NCBI GenBank assembly: GCA_951406725.2
Contig: OX597815.1
Span: 40,486,001 to 40,550,000 of the forward strand
From: Octopus vulgaris
Taxonomy: Eukaryota
DNA length: 64,000 bases
Reading direction: 5' to 3'
The notes beneath the pieces were generated by a model that searched no databases, was not told where the DNA came from, and was given only the letters and a program-made list of their open reading frames with translations. Positions 24,176-37,231 of the stretch are shown here, in pieces. Every line of letters starts with the position of its first letter. Within the stretch, counting starts at the first letter, position 1. Position numbers and translations under genes: made by a program.

Positions 24176-25267
24176 CTGCAATATAGAGAGAATAGAAATG
24201 AAATTTTAAAGCCCCTCAAACAATTGATTCTTAACATGGACACAAGTCTACAAATTTATATGGTTGGGATATGGTTATATCAACTCACTTTCACACATGA
24301 ACAGGACTGGTACTATTTTATCAACTTTAGAAATAATAAAAGGCTACTATAATCTCAGTAGGATTTGAATTTAAAACAGAGAAGATGAAACTAGATACTC
24401 ATTGTATTTACTCTTAAGTTCATTTTCTGCCACTCACCTACACTCAAAAAACTAACAAAGACCATGTATACTGTATACAGAGATTTAAAGACTAATTTTT
24501 GTCTGCTTCGTTCATCACTGACTTAACATCTACTTTTCCATGCTTGCATAGGATACACAAGACTATATTGAGGCAGTGTTTTCTACAGCTGCATGCCCCT
24601 CCTAATTCAACCCTCACTTGTTTCCATGCAAAGTAATAATCCTCCAGTCTATCAAACAACAAACAGTTAAAAAATGGTTACATGGAGAACTGGAAACAAA
24701 TGACATCACTTGTCTCAGCCTTTTATTTACAATCAGTGAACACATGTGAAAATGAGAGGAAATACAAACTCACTTGCATACACACACACATTACATATGA
24801 CAGACTTCTTTTAGTTTCCATCAACCAATTTCATTCAAAAGATATTAGTTAACCCATGGTTATAGTAGTGGATGCCAGCCAACAACATCCACACACTGGG
24901 ATCAAACTACACAGCCAACACAAGAGTAAAAAGATAGTCACTAGAATAGATAGAGCTAGTGATGGTCTATGTCAGCAAGAATTGGCGAGTTAGTGATAGT
25001 CTGTTTCTGTCTTATTTGAATTCAGTGCAGCTTATGATTAAACTTTATTATTCCAATCAGTATATATATATAAGAGATGTTATGATGCAAATACACTGAC
25101 ATTTCTTTTGAACTGTCACTAATTGGTTGCTGGCAATCAAACATCAGTGTCTTATAAAACACTTTTTTAAACAAATTATTTGTATAAAACTTGGTAATAA
25201 AATGTGGTGTTTTGCACTTGCTTCTCCCACCACCACCACCACCACCACCCACACACATTCCACAAAT

Positions 25268-25481
25268 TCTTTTCTACTCTAGGCACAAGGCCCGAAATTT
25301 TGGGGGAGGGAGCCAGTTGATTAGCTCAACCCCAGTACGCAACTGGTACTTAATTTATTGACCCCGAAAGGATGAAAGGCAAAGTCAACTTCGGCGGAAA
25401 TTGAACTCAGAATGTAAAGACAGACAAAATACCAATAAGCATATCGCCCAGCATGCTAGCGTTTTTGCCAGCTTGCCACCT
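25268..25481 (-). mobile_element. tRNA-derived SINE (family C); further copies near 26930-27145, 52870-53070, 56215-56405, 58222-58436 and 60600-60880 (+)
   Basis: Shared GGCACAAGGC...CCCCGAAAGGATGAAAGGCAAAGTCAAC...GAACTCAGAA block; B-box-like GAGTTCAA on the minus strand. Confidence 0.7.
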
Positions 25482-25530
25482 TACATTCTATAAATTCTAA
25501 CACTCTCTATATCTGAAACAGAGTTACTTT

Positions 25531-26135
25531 CCAGTTCTATATTTAAGAGATGAGGAATTATGTACATTATTTACATTTGACAGATATTTGCCCTCATCTT
25601 GTTTGTTAAGAGTTGCTGAAGTATGGAACAAACTGCCGGCATCAGTTGTTAGTTGTCGGAGCACTGCATCCTTCAATACCTTTGGTGCTTCCTGAGATTC
25701 GCCAACACTACACCTGATTTTCTCCCCTCCATACACATGCAAGCACATGTATCTGACTCATACACTGTTCACTTTCTAGACATTTGTACATTACTGCATA
25801 TGCTTTATATGCACTTTTGACAAATTGTGGTGCACCTGAGCATTGTATACAATAATTTCATTATTATTATTATTAATATAACACAACGTTTCGGCTGATA
25901 TAAGAGCATGGGCCACTAATCCCAAGATTCTGAGTTTGATTCCAGGCAGTGACCAGAATAATAACATCGAATAATAATAATAATAATAATAATAATATCG
26001 AAAAATACCTTAGGAATGAGAACCCAGGTTCAAAATTTCCCCAAGACACCTAATGAAGGCTGGAGGGTATATCAGCCAAAATGTTATATTAACAACAAAC
26101 AAGAGGAGGACAAATATCCGTCAAATGTAAACAAT
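25531..26135. mobile_element. Fold-back tRNA-head/hammerhead element (copy 2), centre deleted, with nested LINE end
   Basis: Inverted arms; 11-bp TSD AGAGTTACTTT at 25520-25530 and 26136-26146. Confidence 0.8.
25609..25876 (+). mobile_element. CR1-type LINE 3' end nested in the fold-back element
   Basis: RVAEVWNKLPASVVSC..., 3' UTR and (ATT)n tail; related to 48373-48560. Confidence 0.8.
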
Positions 26136-26364
26136 AGAGTTACTTTTATAAGTTATTGTTTAATTACAGATCACCTTCATCTAACAAACCTACCCATGAT
26201 TAAAGTGATGTAGCTGCTATTTCTAATACACCAAGTGACACAGAGAGTCTTCCTTGTTGGTTCAATTATGACTTATTGTTAAATGTAGGTGAGTTAGATG
26301 TCCATAGTGATTGGCAGATGTGGAATTAGATGAAGTTCCTTTTACATATAACTACATGTGCACA

Positions 26365-26398
<34 letters not shown>

Positions 26399-26433
26399 TA
26401 CATACAAACAAAATTGAAGCTAAATATACAAAC

Positions 26434-26542
26434 CTGGAGAAAACCTACAAATCGAACCACACCCCAACCTAATCGTTTGGCATCAGGTTCTACAAGAATC
26501 AACTGCTTGCTGTCAATAACAAGAAAGCGTCGTTCTTGTTTC
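26434..26542 (-). CDS. CLEC16A: CLEC16A exon (RKQERRFLVIDSKQLILVEPDAKRLGWGVVRFVGFLQ)
   Basis: ctttttag| acceptor, CAG|gtttgt donor, 109 nt, phase 2-0. Confidence 0.96.
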
Positions 26543-27760
26543 CTAAAAAGTAAAATGGTATATATATATATAAAAAACAGAATCAAAGTAACTCCATCAT
26601 GCTTAACTGTAAATGACTTATTTCATTCCAAATGTTTTCAGAGAAACAGATCTAGGGGCTAGAGAGAAGTATTGAGGGATAAGAGATAATGTAAGTTCTC
26701 TGCTAATTCAAAACCTGTCATTTAAATGTTCACTCATTCCAGCACATCCAGCCACCAAAAACTGTGACTTAAATTTTATCATATTATTCTACCTAGCTGA
26801 ATGTTTAAATGTCTGTTTTGGTTTCTTTGAAACTATTAAAGATATGAAGTCTAAATTTTATTTTATCAATGACTGCATCAATCTTACCAGTTAGCATGCA
26901 ATGGTCCCATTACCTCTGACTAAATGATTCTTCCTAATCTTGGCACAAGGCTAGCAATTTTGAGAAGGGACAAGTTAGTTACACTGACACCAGTACTTGA
27001 CTGGTATCTATTTATCAACCCCGAAAGGATAAAATGCAAAATTGACCTCAGCAGATTTGAGCTCAGAACATAAAGAGCCAGAAGAAATGCCACTTAAGCA
27101 TTTTGTCCAAAGCACTAGTGATTCTGCCAATTTGCTGTCTTCCTCTAACTAATAAAGAATATAAAAGCAAAACCCTTCCAGATCCTTTTTTTTCTTAAAG
27201 CAAGTTAGCGAAATATTATGTGTGCGACCCCACATTGTTTGCTGTCATAGAGCTAGCCATGGGTTATATGAAAAATAAAATTTACTTCATGAAAACTTAA
27301 TATAGTAGAAACACACAGCAAGACAATTTATTTCATATCAAATAACACTGTTGAAGATATTGGTGTTGTAGAGAAAGGTAGAGGCAGCTTAACAAAATGT
27401 ATTGTTTATGGTGTTGAGGGGAGTATCCCAGAGAAGCACCGTACTGGACTTGCTGTAGCATCAAAATATTAATGATTTGGATATGGAATCAGACGATGAA
27501 AATCTACTTCAATGTAATTTATGTTGTAGGGAATTTACAACTGCCTACAAAATGGAAATCCATAATTGAAAGGGAGCCTTTGGACAACAAGACTTAATCA
27601 GTCAAGCTATTGTTTATGCTAAAAATATATATGAACAGCATCAATTTGAGGTGATTAATACAAGAAACACAGAACATCTCAACAGAAATATGCTAACAAA
27701 ATGGTTAAAAAGCAGAATAAATGGATTAAGAAGTGTATGAAATTTATTCTCCAGTCTTAC

Positions 27761-27803
27761 CTTTCTTTTGTAACAACAGTACAGGCAATGAGATCACTGT
27801 TAT
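27761..27803 (-). CDS. CLEC16A: CLEC16A exon (NNSDLIACTVVTKE)
   Basis: ttttcag| acceptor, AG|gtaaga donor, 43 nt, phase 1-2. Confidence 0.94.
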
Positions 27804-28972
27804 CTGAAAAGAATAAAACATTTTAAGATGCAAGTAAAAATCCATTAAAAAAAATATTTTTCTAAATAATAACATCATATAAAGAGGATATTGTTTAGCC
27901 TCAGGTCACCTCTGATGCTGCAGGACAGTGAAAAAGAAAACAATCTCAACATGACCATTCCATTTTTTATTACCAGATGTAGTATGCCTAGTATGGAGTT
28001 ATCCAATGTGTCTATAAAAGGGTAGGGTGTAATTTTGATGGTTACTGCATTATTTCAAGAAAAGGCTCCCTTGTTGAGGTAGGTGAGTGGTTTACAAGGC
28101 ATTTCATTAACATTTCTATCAGTAACTATTTTGTTTTTATTGTGGTGAACACAGTTTAAAAACAATCTCCATTTTAAAGTTTTCAGCAGTGAACTAGACT
28201 GACACCATACCTATTTACAGTTAGACTTGAAATTTAATTCAAGTATCTTCACTAAATCAAGTGATGAGAATGAACAAGTAAACAGGTAGGCCAACAACCC
28301 AATAAATCAACCAGTTATAAATGTTAATCCACTCACTTTACTGATTCAATTTTATTGCAAAAAAGATAATATAGTTGATATTGTTTAACCCCAGGTCAGG
28401 CCTAATAAAGAGGGATTTCAACTGTGACCATACCATCTTTAGTTCAGACAAAATGTATTTAGAATTACATTGTCTAAGCAATACGAGATAAACTGTTTAA
28501 AGCTATGCTTTTAAGATGGTATGTTGTGATGCCATTATCCAGGTTTGTGAATGTACATAGCCTAATAATTAGGGTGTTGGGTTCATGATCATAAGGAAAT
28601 TACAGAACTGGGCATTTCATTTCCCATTGCTCCAGCCTACTCAGCTGAAAACGAGAACCAGTCAAGTACTGGTGTACCCCTCTCTCCCACTAACTATCAC
28701 ATCCTCAATGATCTTCTAAGCCAAAGATGAGGAGGTGGGAACTGAAACAATGTCTATGCTTGCTCACAACTACAGAGGAACCTAAATCAATAAGCAAAAT
28801 CATGACACATGCCACCAAACTATATTTATCTGTAAGTTACAGTCATGGGGACAGGGTATTAAAACTTACAAAGGTAAAGATATAGCAAACAGATATTAAA
28901 AAAATGGAAATGAAGAAATCAGAGAATGGTAAGGGGAGGGGGGTTGAAATGACAGGTAGAAAAGTAACTTAC

Positions 28973-29093
28973 TAAGATCACGTATTTCATTAGTCTTGAT
29001 GCATTCATGCTCTTTGGTCAAAGGTAAATGAATTTCCTCCTCTTTCAGTAAAGTCAGTGATAAATCACGTATCAAAAAGAAAACTCGAATAGC
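28973..29093 (-). CDS. CLEC16A: CLEC16A exon (AIRVFFLIRDLSLTLLKEEEIHLPLTKEHECIKTNEIRDL)
   Basis: ttcccctcag-type acceptor, A|gtaagt donor, 121 nt, phase 0-1. Confidence 0.95.
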
Positions 29094-30022
29094 CTGAGGG
29101 AAACAAGCGAAAGTTAGCCACATTTTTTTAAATAAGAATACTCAGCCTATGTGTTTCAAGGCATTTTAAAACTAATCAAAGCATTGGATGGGGTTTTTTT
29201 TAATAAAATTACTGTGATTTTTTCAGTGGTATACCAATCAATAAGTTGGTATCAAGAACACATTTTAGCAAAAAAAACATTTATGAATTACAATATCACA
29301 CTTTTTCTTCATATAAAAACAAAACTGGCTGATATGAATACTTTAATAAATAGAAACTAATGTTGAAAGTGTTAAAGACATGACAGGAAGAGCTGGCATA
29401 ATGTTACTAAACATCAGTAGACAATTAATGAGATGACCCATTGGTAATCCACAAGTATATCAAATTACTCCAATTTTCTAAAAAAATTATCCCAGAACAA
29501 AATTATGGCTATTTTAATAATTTTTTGCTTTTTAATATCTCATTAATTTTTATATTATCACCATTATCATCATTTAACATCCATGTTTCATGCTGGAATA
29601 TCCACTCACCAAAGATGTGAGAAATTTTATATGATACACATTAACTTCAAACAAAAGCCAACCCATGCTAGCATGGAAAGCGGACGTTAAATGATGATGA
29701 TGATGATGATGATCTTACAGCAATGAAGTGAATTATTTTCACATATGAACACATTTAATACTGGTAGTTAGAAATTTTAGGTTAAAATCCAAGATTAGGT
29801 TTACATATATTGAATTTATTCACTAAGCTACTATAAGCTATTACAACTTCTTCCCTCACTCCATCATCTATTTCCACTTTTAATTAATTGAGATTTCATT
29901 TTTTAAATTGTTACCTTACATCTGATTGATGTAAACATTTACCTCTTTATAGGGATTTCAGTCTCGATTATTTAAAGTTATGCTTGCCACATAAAGTGTG
30001 TTAGTATTTATTTCATTACATA

Positions 30023-31417
30023 CAGGGGTTGGACAAAATAATGGAAACACCTAACATCATAGCATCATAATTTTGAAATATCTATAAAACCGTCAAAAGC
30101 TTGTTTATTTTTGTGGGGTTTTTTTTTGTTTATTATTAGTGTTGCTTAATATGTTTTGCTAAAATTGCTGTTTCTTTTCAGATATCATCAGAAATAGGTA
30201 ATTAAAATTCATTAAAATGACAAATCTATCAGACTTTCAAAGAGGTCAAATTGTTAGTGTTTGTATGGCGAGCATTAGTGTAACGAAAACAGCCAAAATG
30301 TTTGGTGTATCAAGAAGTATGGTCTCGAAAATAATGACAGCCTTTGAGAAAGAGGGGAAAAAAACCTCTTCGTTGAAACAAAACTATGGAAGAAAACCAA
30401 AACTTTCATATAGGGACTGTTGGACTCTTACGCGAATTGTTAGAAAGGATCACAAAAGTACAGCTACCAAAATTACTGCAGAGCTTAATGACCACCTCAA
30501 GAACCCAGTTTCCACAAAAATTGTTTGCCAAGAGCTGCACAAAGCTGGATTTCGCGGGATGGCTGCAAACAGAAAAGCCACTACTTTCAAAAACAAACGT
30601 TGCAAAGAATTGATCCCTAGGGCAGTAAAAGAATGTTATTTTCTCAGACAAGTCATTCTTTATCTTATTTCCAACCACCAACCAAGTATATGTGTAGAGA
30701 CAGCCAAAAGAAGCATTTGACCCAGACTGCCTTCTTCCAACTGATAAAAATGGAGGAAGATCTGTGATGATGTGGAGGGCTATATCTTCAAAATCTGCCG
30801 GCCCAATGGTTCCCCTTCATGGCAGAATTAATAGTCAAGGCTGTTTAAGCATTTTATCTGATCAAATTCATCCTATGGTTGCGGAACTGTTTCTAGAGGG
30901 AAATGCAATCTTTCAGGATGATAATGCACCAATTCCCACAGCTAAAGTTGTTACTGAATGGCACGAGGAAAATTCTAGTGAAGTTGAACATCTTATCTGG
31001 CCACCACAGTCCCCAGATCTCGATATTATTGAACATTTATAGTGCATTTTAGAAAAACAAGTAATGAGTCAATATCCTACACCATCATCACTACAAGAAC
31101 TGGAGAGTGTTTTAGCTGAAGAATGGGCAAAAATTCCTTTGGAAACAATTTGAACTTTGTACAAGTCCATACCTTGTGGAATTCAAGCTGTAATTACTGC
31201 CAAAGGTGGTCCCACCCCATCATCATCATCATCATCCGTTTTCCATGCTAGCATGGGTTGGACGGTTCACCTGGGGTCTGGGAAGCCAGAAGGCTGCGCC
31301 AGGCCCAGTCTGATCTGGAAGTGTTTCTACGGCTTGATGCCCTTCTTAGCGCCAAGGATGCCCAAAATAAATTTGTTTGAAATTTTAAGGTATTTCCATT
31401 ATTTTGTCCAACCCCTG
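30023..31417 (+). mobile_element. Tc1-family transposon with both ends and a disrupted transposase
   Basis: TIRs CAGGGGTTGGACAAAATAATGGAAA; TA TSD on both sides; LSDFQRGQIV HTH, FQDDNAP, WPPQSPDLDIIEHL; frameshifts; RTE fragment inserted at ~31218-31350. Confidence 0.93.
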
Positions 31418-32708
31418 TATATATATATATGTCTTACAGGGTACTTGGTGACACTGTCAGTGCAGGTGTCACTTAAAAAGCATCCAGTCGACATGGTAAA
31501 GTAGTTGGCATTTGGAAGGGCATCCAGTTGTAAAAACTTTGCCAAAACTTACTTCGCCTGTGCTTGTACCACATAAAAAGCACTAAGTACACTCTGCTGA
31601 TTGGTTGATGTTATAAAGGGCATCCAGCTGGAAAAATCCTACCAAAACAGTCACAGAAGTCTGGTGCAGGCTTCTGCTTGGCCAGCTCCTGTCAAACTAT
31701 CCCACACATCCCAGCATGGAAGGCAGATGTTAAGTGATGATAATGACGATGATATGGCATTAGGAAGGGCATTGAGGCATAGAAACTATGCCAAATCAGA
31801 CAAGAGTCTGATGTAGCCCCTCAGCTTACCAGCTCTGGTCAAACTACCCAACCCATGTCAGCATGGACAAGGGATGATGATATATATTTCCCTGTTTACA
31901 CTTGTTCTATCATATTAATTCATTAACTGGTGGGAGTAAAAACTTTAAATTAGTTCTAAGATGATTTACACTTAAAGTACAAACTACAAAATAGATTTTG
32001 TCAATAATAATAAATAAAAACAATGAGGTTTAAGTAGTACACTCCTCAGAAAAACAATTCTAATATGGTAAGTTTAGTCTGAAACTTATTGTATCGTCAG
32101 TTACTAGCCCTTGATTACTCTGTCTAGGGAGTTGAAAGCAGAAAGTATTGCTCTGCCTCTTTCTTCAGTCTAACAAGTTAGTGGAGACAGATAGTTCTAG
32201 AGAATAAATCGCAGAATATGTCAATAATAAAAGTTTCTTTGGGGAGGTAAAATTATAAAAACTGATGTTCAATATTAGTGATGTAAATGAAAATGGTTCA
32301 AATGGGAACAGGACCTGTCTTGAATTCAGTTTGCAAGCTTTCTCATTAGCTTTGCTGCTAATTAGTTGAATATTTTATAAATGAATTGGTTCCCCAATTA
32401 CTGTTGTTCTAACACAAACTAGGAAATGAAAACTTACTGTCATAAAATAGCACTGCTATTCACTTCATTATGTAATTTCTACTCTAATCCAAAGATGTAA
32501 CTGAATCCACAGGTGACTTTTTTTACATATAGCCAAAAACATATAAGATACCCACAAACAGAAAACCAAGTTATTGCACTACTTTGAAAATAATGCGTGC
32601 AGGTGTGCATGCAAGTGGGTTTGTGTGTGTGTGTGTGTGGATTGATCATGAGTGAAAGAAGAGAGAGTGGTTTCAAGTTTTTTTAAGAGAGAAAGTAACA
32701 AGTCTTAC

Positions 32709-32837
32709 CCGTCTAGCTCGCTCTACCTCTCCACAAGGAAGCCTTTTGTTGAAGGCAATGCCAGTAAGAGGGGTGCCTGTGGGAGGTAGTAAAATTGAAG
32801 CATCCATGGTAAGGTACTCAACATTCAAAGGCCGCTC
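32709..32837 (-). CDS. CLEC16A: CLEC16A exon (ERPLNVEYLTMDASILLPPTGTPLTGIAFNKRLPCGEVERARR)
   Basis: ttgtttcag| acceptor, CGG|gtaaga donor, 129 nt; very highly conserved. Confidence 0.97.
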
Positions 32838-33139
32838 CTGAAACAAAACTTTCCAAGTCAGTTATAAAGGAACGTACAGAAAAAGCAAATACAAAGACAT
32901 TTCCAATTTGTAAATCTAAATTAACAAGCGAAAGAAAATAGTATTATAAATTGTCTATAGTAATTAACTAAGATTCAATAAAGAAAGAAAACCATTTAGT
33001 TAAATTTAAGTTTCATTTAAATTTAATATTGAAATTTAGTTTATAATCAATAGGTATTTTCAGTATTTGATTATTTTTTAAATTTTCATATAAAAAAAAC
33101 AGTAAATTAGCAATAAAAAAAATTGGAATTATAAAATAC

Positions 33140-33190
33140 CATCATTTCTCTGTATTCATCTTCAAACATATCAAGAAATATCTCTTCACT
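33140..33190 (-). CDS. CLEC16A: CLEC16A exon (SEEIFLDMFEDEYREMM)
   Basis: ttttcacag| acceptor, ATG|gtattt donor, 51 nt; conserved IFLDMFEDEY. Confidence 0.95.
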
Positions 33191-33994
33191 CTGTGAAAAC
33201 AAAGAGAATAACATAGTTATGATATTTGATATCAAATTATGAAAATATATATTAGCCATGCTAAACTCACAGAATAATTAAAAGTAATTGGACTAAACTC
33301 AGAGGATTATTATAGTTGTAGTATTTAGTTATGTCTGAGTTAAAATCCAACTAAATCTTCATGAGGTCTACAAAATATATAACTGTCAAGCACTGAAGCT
33401 GATTCAATCAACAACATATTTCCTTGGAAACAAAAGTCTTTGTACCAACATTAGAAATCATTATTATAAATAATCTAAACTTGATTCCATAACATAAATC
33501 AAACTAAACTCATAGCACAGTATTTATTATAAAAATATATACATTTATAAAGCATTAGTATAAAAAGATATTCATGGTAGATTATAACAAGCATCTTTGT
33601 GAATATTAACAAATATCAAAGCTAAAAATTTTGGCAATGTTATTGAAAATATTATTATTAAAAATTGTCAAAATTTTTCAACAAATAGAGCAGGCAAGAA
33701 AAAAGATTACTAAAGTTTAAACATTAATATTTGTAGTTCATCTAATTCTGTTATAGAGAAAATAATAGTTTGTATGCAGTTATATCACAGAAGAGCTATT
33801 TAACCATTAAGTTTCAACACAGATCTCCAATCAGACTATAGTAAGCAGGCTCACCACACAATGACAGCAGCAGTAAACTTAAATCATAATCAGTAACATA
33901 ATTATATTGCATTTCGCCTATGTCATATTATAACAAAGAATATTTATGACAAAGCCATTGAAACAAAATCTAAGTATAAGAATAAGTTACAAAC

Positions 33995-34149
33995 CTTATA
34001 GAAGTTACGCAACAATTGGTTACTGCATTCACGTGCATTTTCAACACACGCCAGGTGTCTGTCTTGCAAAAATGATCGCCCATTTCTGTATACCAATTGT
34101 TTTAATAATTTTATGCTTAATTCTAATGTAGCTAATCGTAATTTGGCAG
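33995..34149 (-). CDS. CLEC16A: CLEC16A exon (SAKLRLATLELSIKLLKQL...LLRNFYK)
   Basis: attttcag| acceptor, AAG|gtttgt donor, 155 nt, phase 1-0; conserved peptide. Confidence 0.95.
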
Positions 34150-35718
34150 CTGAAAATATCCCAAAAGAAAAAAATACCATCAGTCATTGAACACTGAAAT
34201 AAAGGAAGTTTTATGTATTTTATAGAATCACTTTTCTAAAACACAATCATGACAAAAATATGTTAATTCTTTAATGGTTGCGTACTAGGCATTTATTTTT
34301 AAAATAAGATAATCATATGAAAAGAGGAAATGTCTATGATCATTGTAGGCTTTCCATGATGTGGTTGATACTCTTGGAAACTTGTATATTGATATGAGCA
34401 TTTTTTAATGTCTAATGAAGACTAAACATGTTGCAGTATTTAACTATATCCATTGAAGCTGCTAGTTCAAATCTCACCAGGATTGACTTGGTCATTCACT
34501 TGGGTTAAGAAACAACAATTAATAGTACACTGGGATTAATTCAACTGACTATACCTATGCTACTGCACCTTCTACAAATATGCGATCATATGCTGAAGTT
34601 AAATTCAATGAATATCCTGATCATATCAGACTAGTGAGGTTGCAATTGATTTCCAGTTTGAAATTATGCGCATAAATGTTTCGAGAATAAAATGATTAGG
34701 AAAAGATTCAGCAAAATGTTTAATTTGGAGGGTGAAGCAAAAGGAATGGTGATAAGGGAGGCAGTTGCATCAAGAGAGCTTAGAGGTGGAATACTGTTTC
34801 CAGGAGCAAAAATCATTATAATGATTGTAAAAGAGGCAGGAAGATGACAGCACATGAGAATGTTAGGGATTACAATGTATGGGCAGCAAGCAAAGTTCAC
34901 CTTGTTGCAAACATTAGCACCACATTTTTCCTGCAGGTTGGGATAAGCATCAGCTATATCAGTCTTATCTAACCATGAAGATGATGCTTTTGTAAAAAAT
35001 GTGAAGACTAATTTCTTAACTGTTCACAGCAGATGTTTATACTATGTTGAAAGAACTGTATATTATGGGAGTCATATTTGCCGTTTAATAAACATTTATG
35101 CTTTACAGTACCATGTCAATGACCTAGTTACTAATACTTTCATCATCTTCATTTAACATCCATGTTCTATGTTGGTATGTGTTGGACAAGATCCAATGGC
35201 TTCAAGAACTGCATCATGTCCAAGTGTCTATTTTGGCATGGTTTCTATGGCTGAATGCCTCTCTAATGCCAACCATTTTACAGCATGTTCTGGGTGCTTT
35301 TTTTTTTTGTGCTACTAGCACTAGTAAGGTTGTCATGAAGCTTGCAACCCACATGGGGATAACTTCATGTTATGATTTGAAAGGTAGAGAGGGGGTAAAC
35401 TATGAGAGAAAAGGGCCACAGCAGAACAGGTTTCTTCTTGCAAAGGAGCTATGTGAGTACTCATATTTTAAATGAGATGATAGGAGTGATCCGGTGGAAC
35501 TGGAAAGTGATAAAAATAGTGGTGATGAGGTGTTAGGGTGACACTTCTCTCAATATATTTAGAATTCTACAAACATTCAGTTCCCATGACATTATCTACC
35601 ATTTTCTTTTTTTAAATGGAGTCAGTAGGTTGTTTGAAAAGAAACAAAGAAGTTGAATATCATATATATATATATATATATACACTTCTAGGATATAAAA
35701 ATTAAAGTTATTACTTAC

Positions 35719-35788
35719 AGGGCTGACAGGCTAAAGTGATGATCTTGATCAATTTTTCTACTAACGCTATGTTATAATATTCTTTAGT
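35719..35788 (-). CDS. CLEC16A: CLEC16A exon (TKEYYNIALVEKLIKIITLACQP)
   Basis: tttttcattcag| acceptor, |gtaagt donor, 70 nt, phase 0-1; matches the YNxxLxExLIxI...QP pattern. Confidence 0.92.
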
Positions 35789-35904
35789 CTGAATGAAAAA
35801 GAAAATTGGTTTGTAAAATTTTACCAAGAATTCAATTATTGAAATTAACAGATCACAAATTAACCAAATAATTAACAGAATATTAATTATATTGCTTATA
35901 TTAC

Positions 35905-35957
35905 CTCACATCGTTCTGTTGGCATTAGCACAGTATCCAGAAGGCCTTGGTGTATTC
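35905..35957 (-). CDS. CLEC16A: CLEC16A exon (GIHQGLLDTVLMPTERCE)
   Basis: ttttcttatctag| acceptor, GAG|gtaata donor, 53 nt, phase 1-0; bridges the reading frame. Confidence 0.88.
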
Positions 35958-36600
35958 CTAGATAAGAAAACACAAGATATTTATAAAATATAACTACTAT
36001 AAATCTATATAAGTGAAGAATAAAATAGTTGGCATTCCATTTGTTCACAATTGTTACAACAACGTGTGAGTGACAAATCAAACATCATCTATATAAACAT
36101 GAATGAGAACAACAATATAGTCATGACCAATATGTAATGTATTTCACACAATAGTTAGTACTGCCTGAGGTAAATGCCTAGATTATCTGATCCCTTCTCA
36201 CTTGTATATAACCCCATTCTTTACACACACACATATAGCCTATGATCAAATATACTCCTACAATTTGAACCATCTAAAAAAAAAACATTTCCTCTGATAC
36301 AAATATAATTATCAGGTGCCAAATTTTCAGTCAAAGTATTGGATAGAATGCCTGACACTAGTTTTTCGCACCATAGTCAAATTTACTTTCCATCCTTTCA
36401 GGGTTGATAAAGTAACAATCTAGTGCAATGGACTAGCAGAATTATTAGAGCGTTGAACCAGATTCCTTGTAATTTGTTCTAGCTCTTTACATTCTAAATT
36501 GAAATCTCACCAATGACCATGTCACTAATTCACTGAGAAAACGCTTCACGATAGACTATGACTGACTGCAACACCAGCTTCTCTTTGAAGTCAGACATAC

Positions 36601-36717
36601 CTCCCACTGCCATAGATGCAGAAACTTTAAAACCAAGCACTGTAAGGAATTGAGTGCGCAACATTTTCTCCAAACTAATCCAACTCTCTAGTGAACGGTC
36701 CCAAGGTTTCAGAAACC
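36601..36717 (-). CDS. CLEC16A: Candidate in-frame cassette exon of CLEC16A (GFLKPWDRSLESWISLEKMLRTQFLTVLGFKVSASMAVG)
   Basis: atatttccag| acceptor, GAG|gtatgt donor, 117 nt, open, phase 1-1 inside a phase-1 intron. Confidence 0.5.
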
Positions 36718-37013
36718 CTGGAAATATCCTTGGCAATGAAGAAACACTGCCGTCAACAAGAAAAGGATAAAAATTTCTAATAATAAACTTAAAACTGTAA
36801 CAAAGACCCCTAAAATGTTCCCGATTTCTGAAGTTTATCACTCATTTAAAAGATTGAATTTTGTTCCCCAATGCTCTGCTTCTCAATGAGACATTTTTCC
36901 TTCTCCAAGCAATATATAATTTTAACTTTGAAAATGTCATTCTACTTATATTAGTCAAATACAATTAAATCTTAAAATGCCATTGTTTCTTCATTTACAT
37001 TTCAGAATGTTAA

Positions 37014-37231
37014 CCCTTTAGCATTTAAACTTGCCATATCCGGTCAAAATATTCTATTTGTTTTATGTTCAAACTGGTCACATTTGACTTCTCACACCTA
37101 CCCAAGAATGTTATTTTAAAAATAAGTAATCATACCATTAAAACCTCAAAGCTATGAGATAATGCATAAATAATTCAAAACAAGGTGAACAAATAAGCAC
37201 TACATTTGACAGAAATTTGAATGTTAACAGG
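37014..37231. mobile_element. piggyBac-like MITE; second copy at ~47787-47999
   Basis: TTAA|CCCTTTAGCATT ... AATGTTAACAGG|TTAA; the second copy ends AATGCTAAAGGG. Confidence 0.65.
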
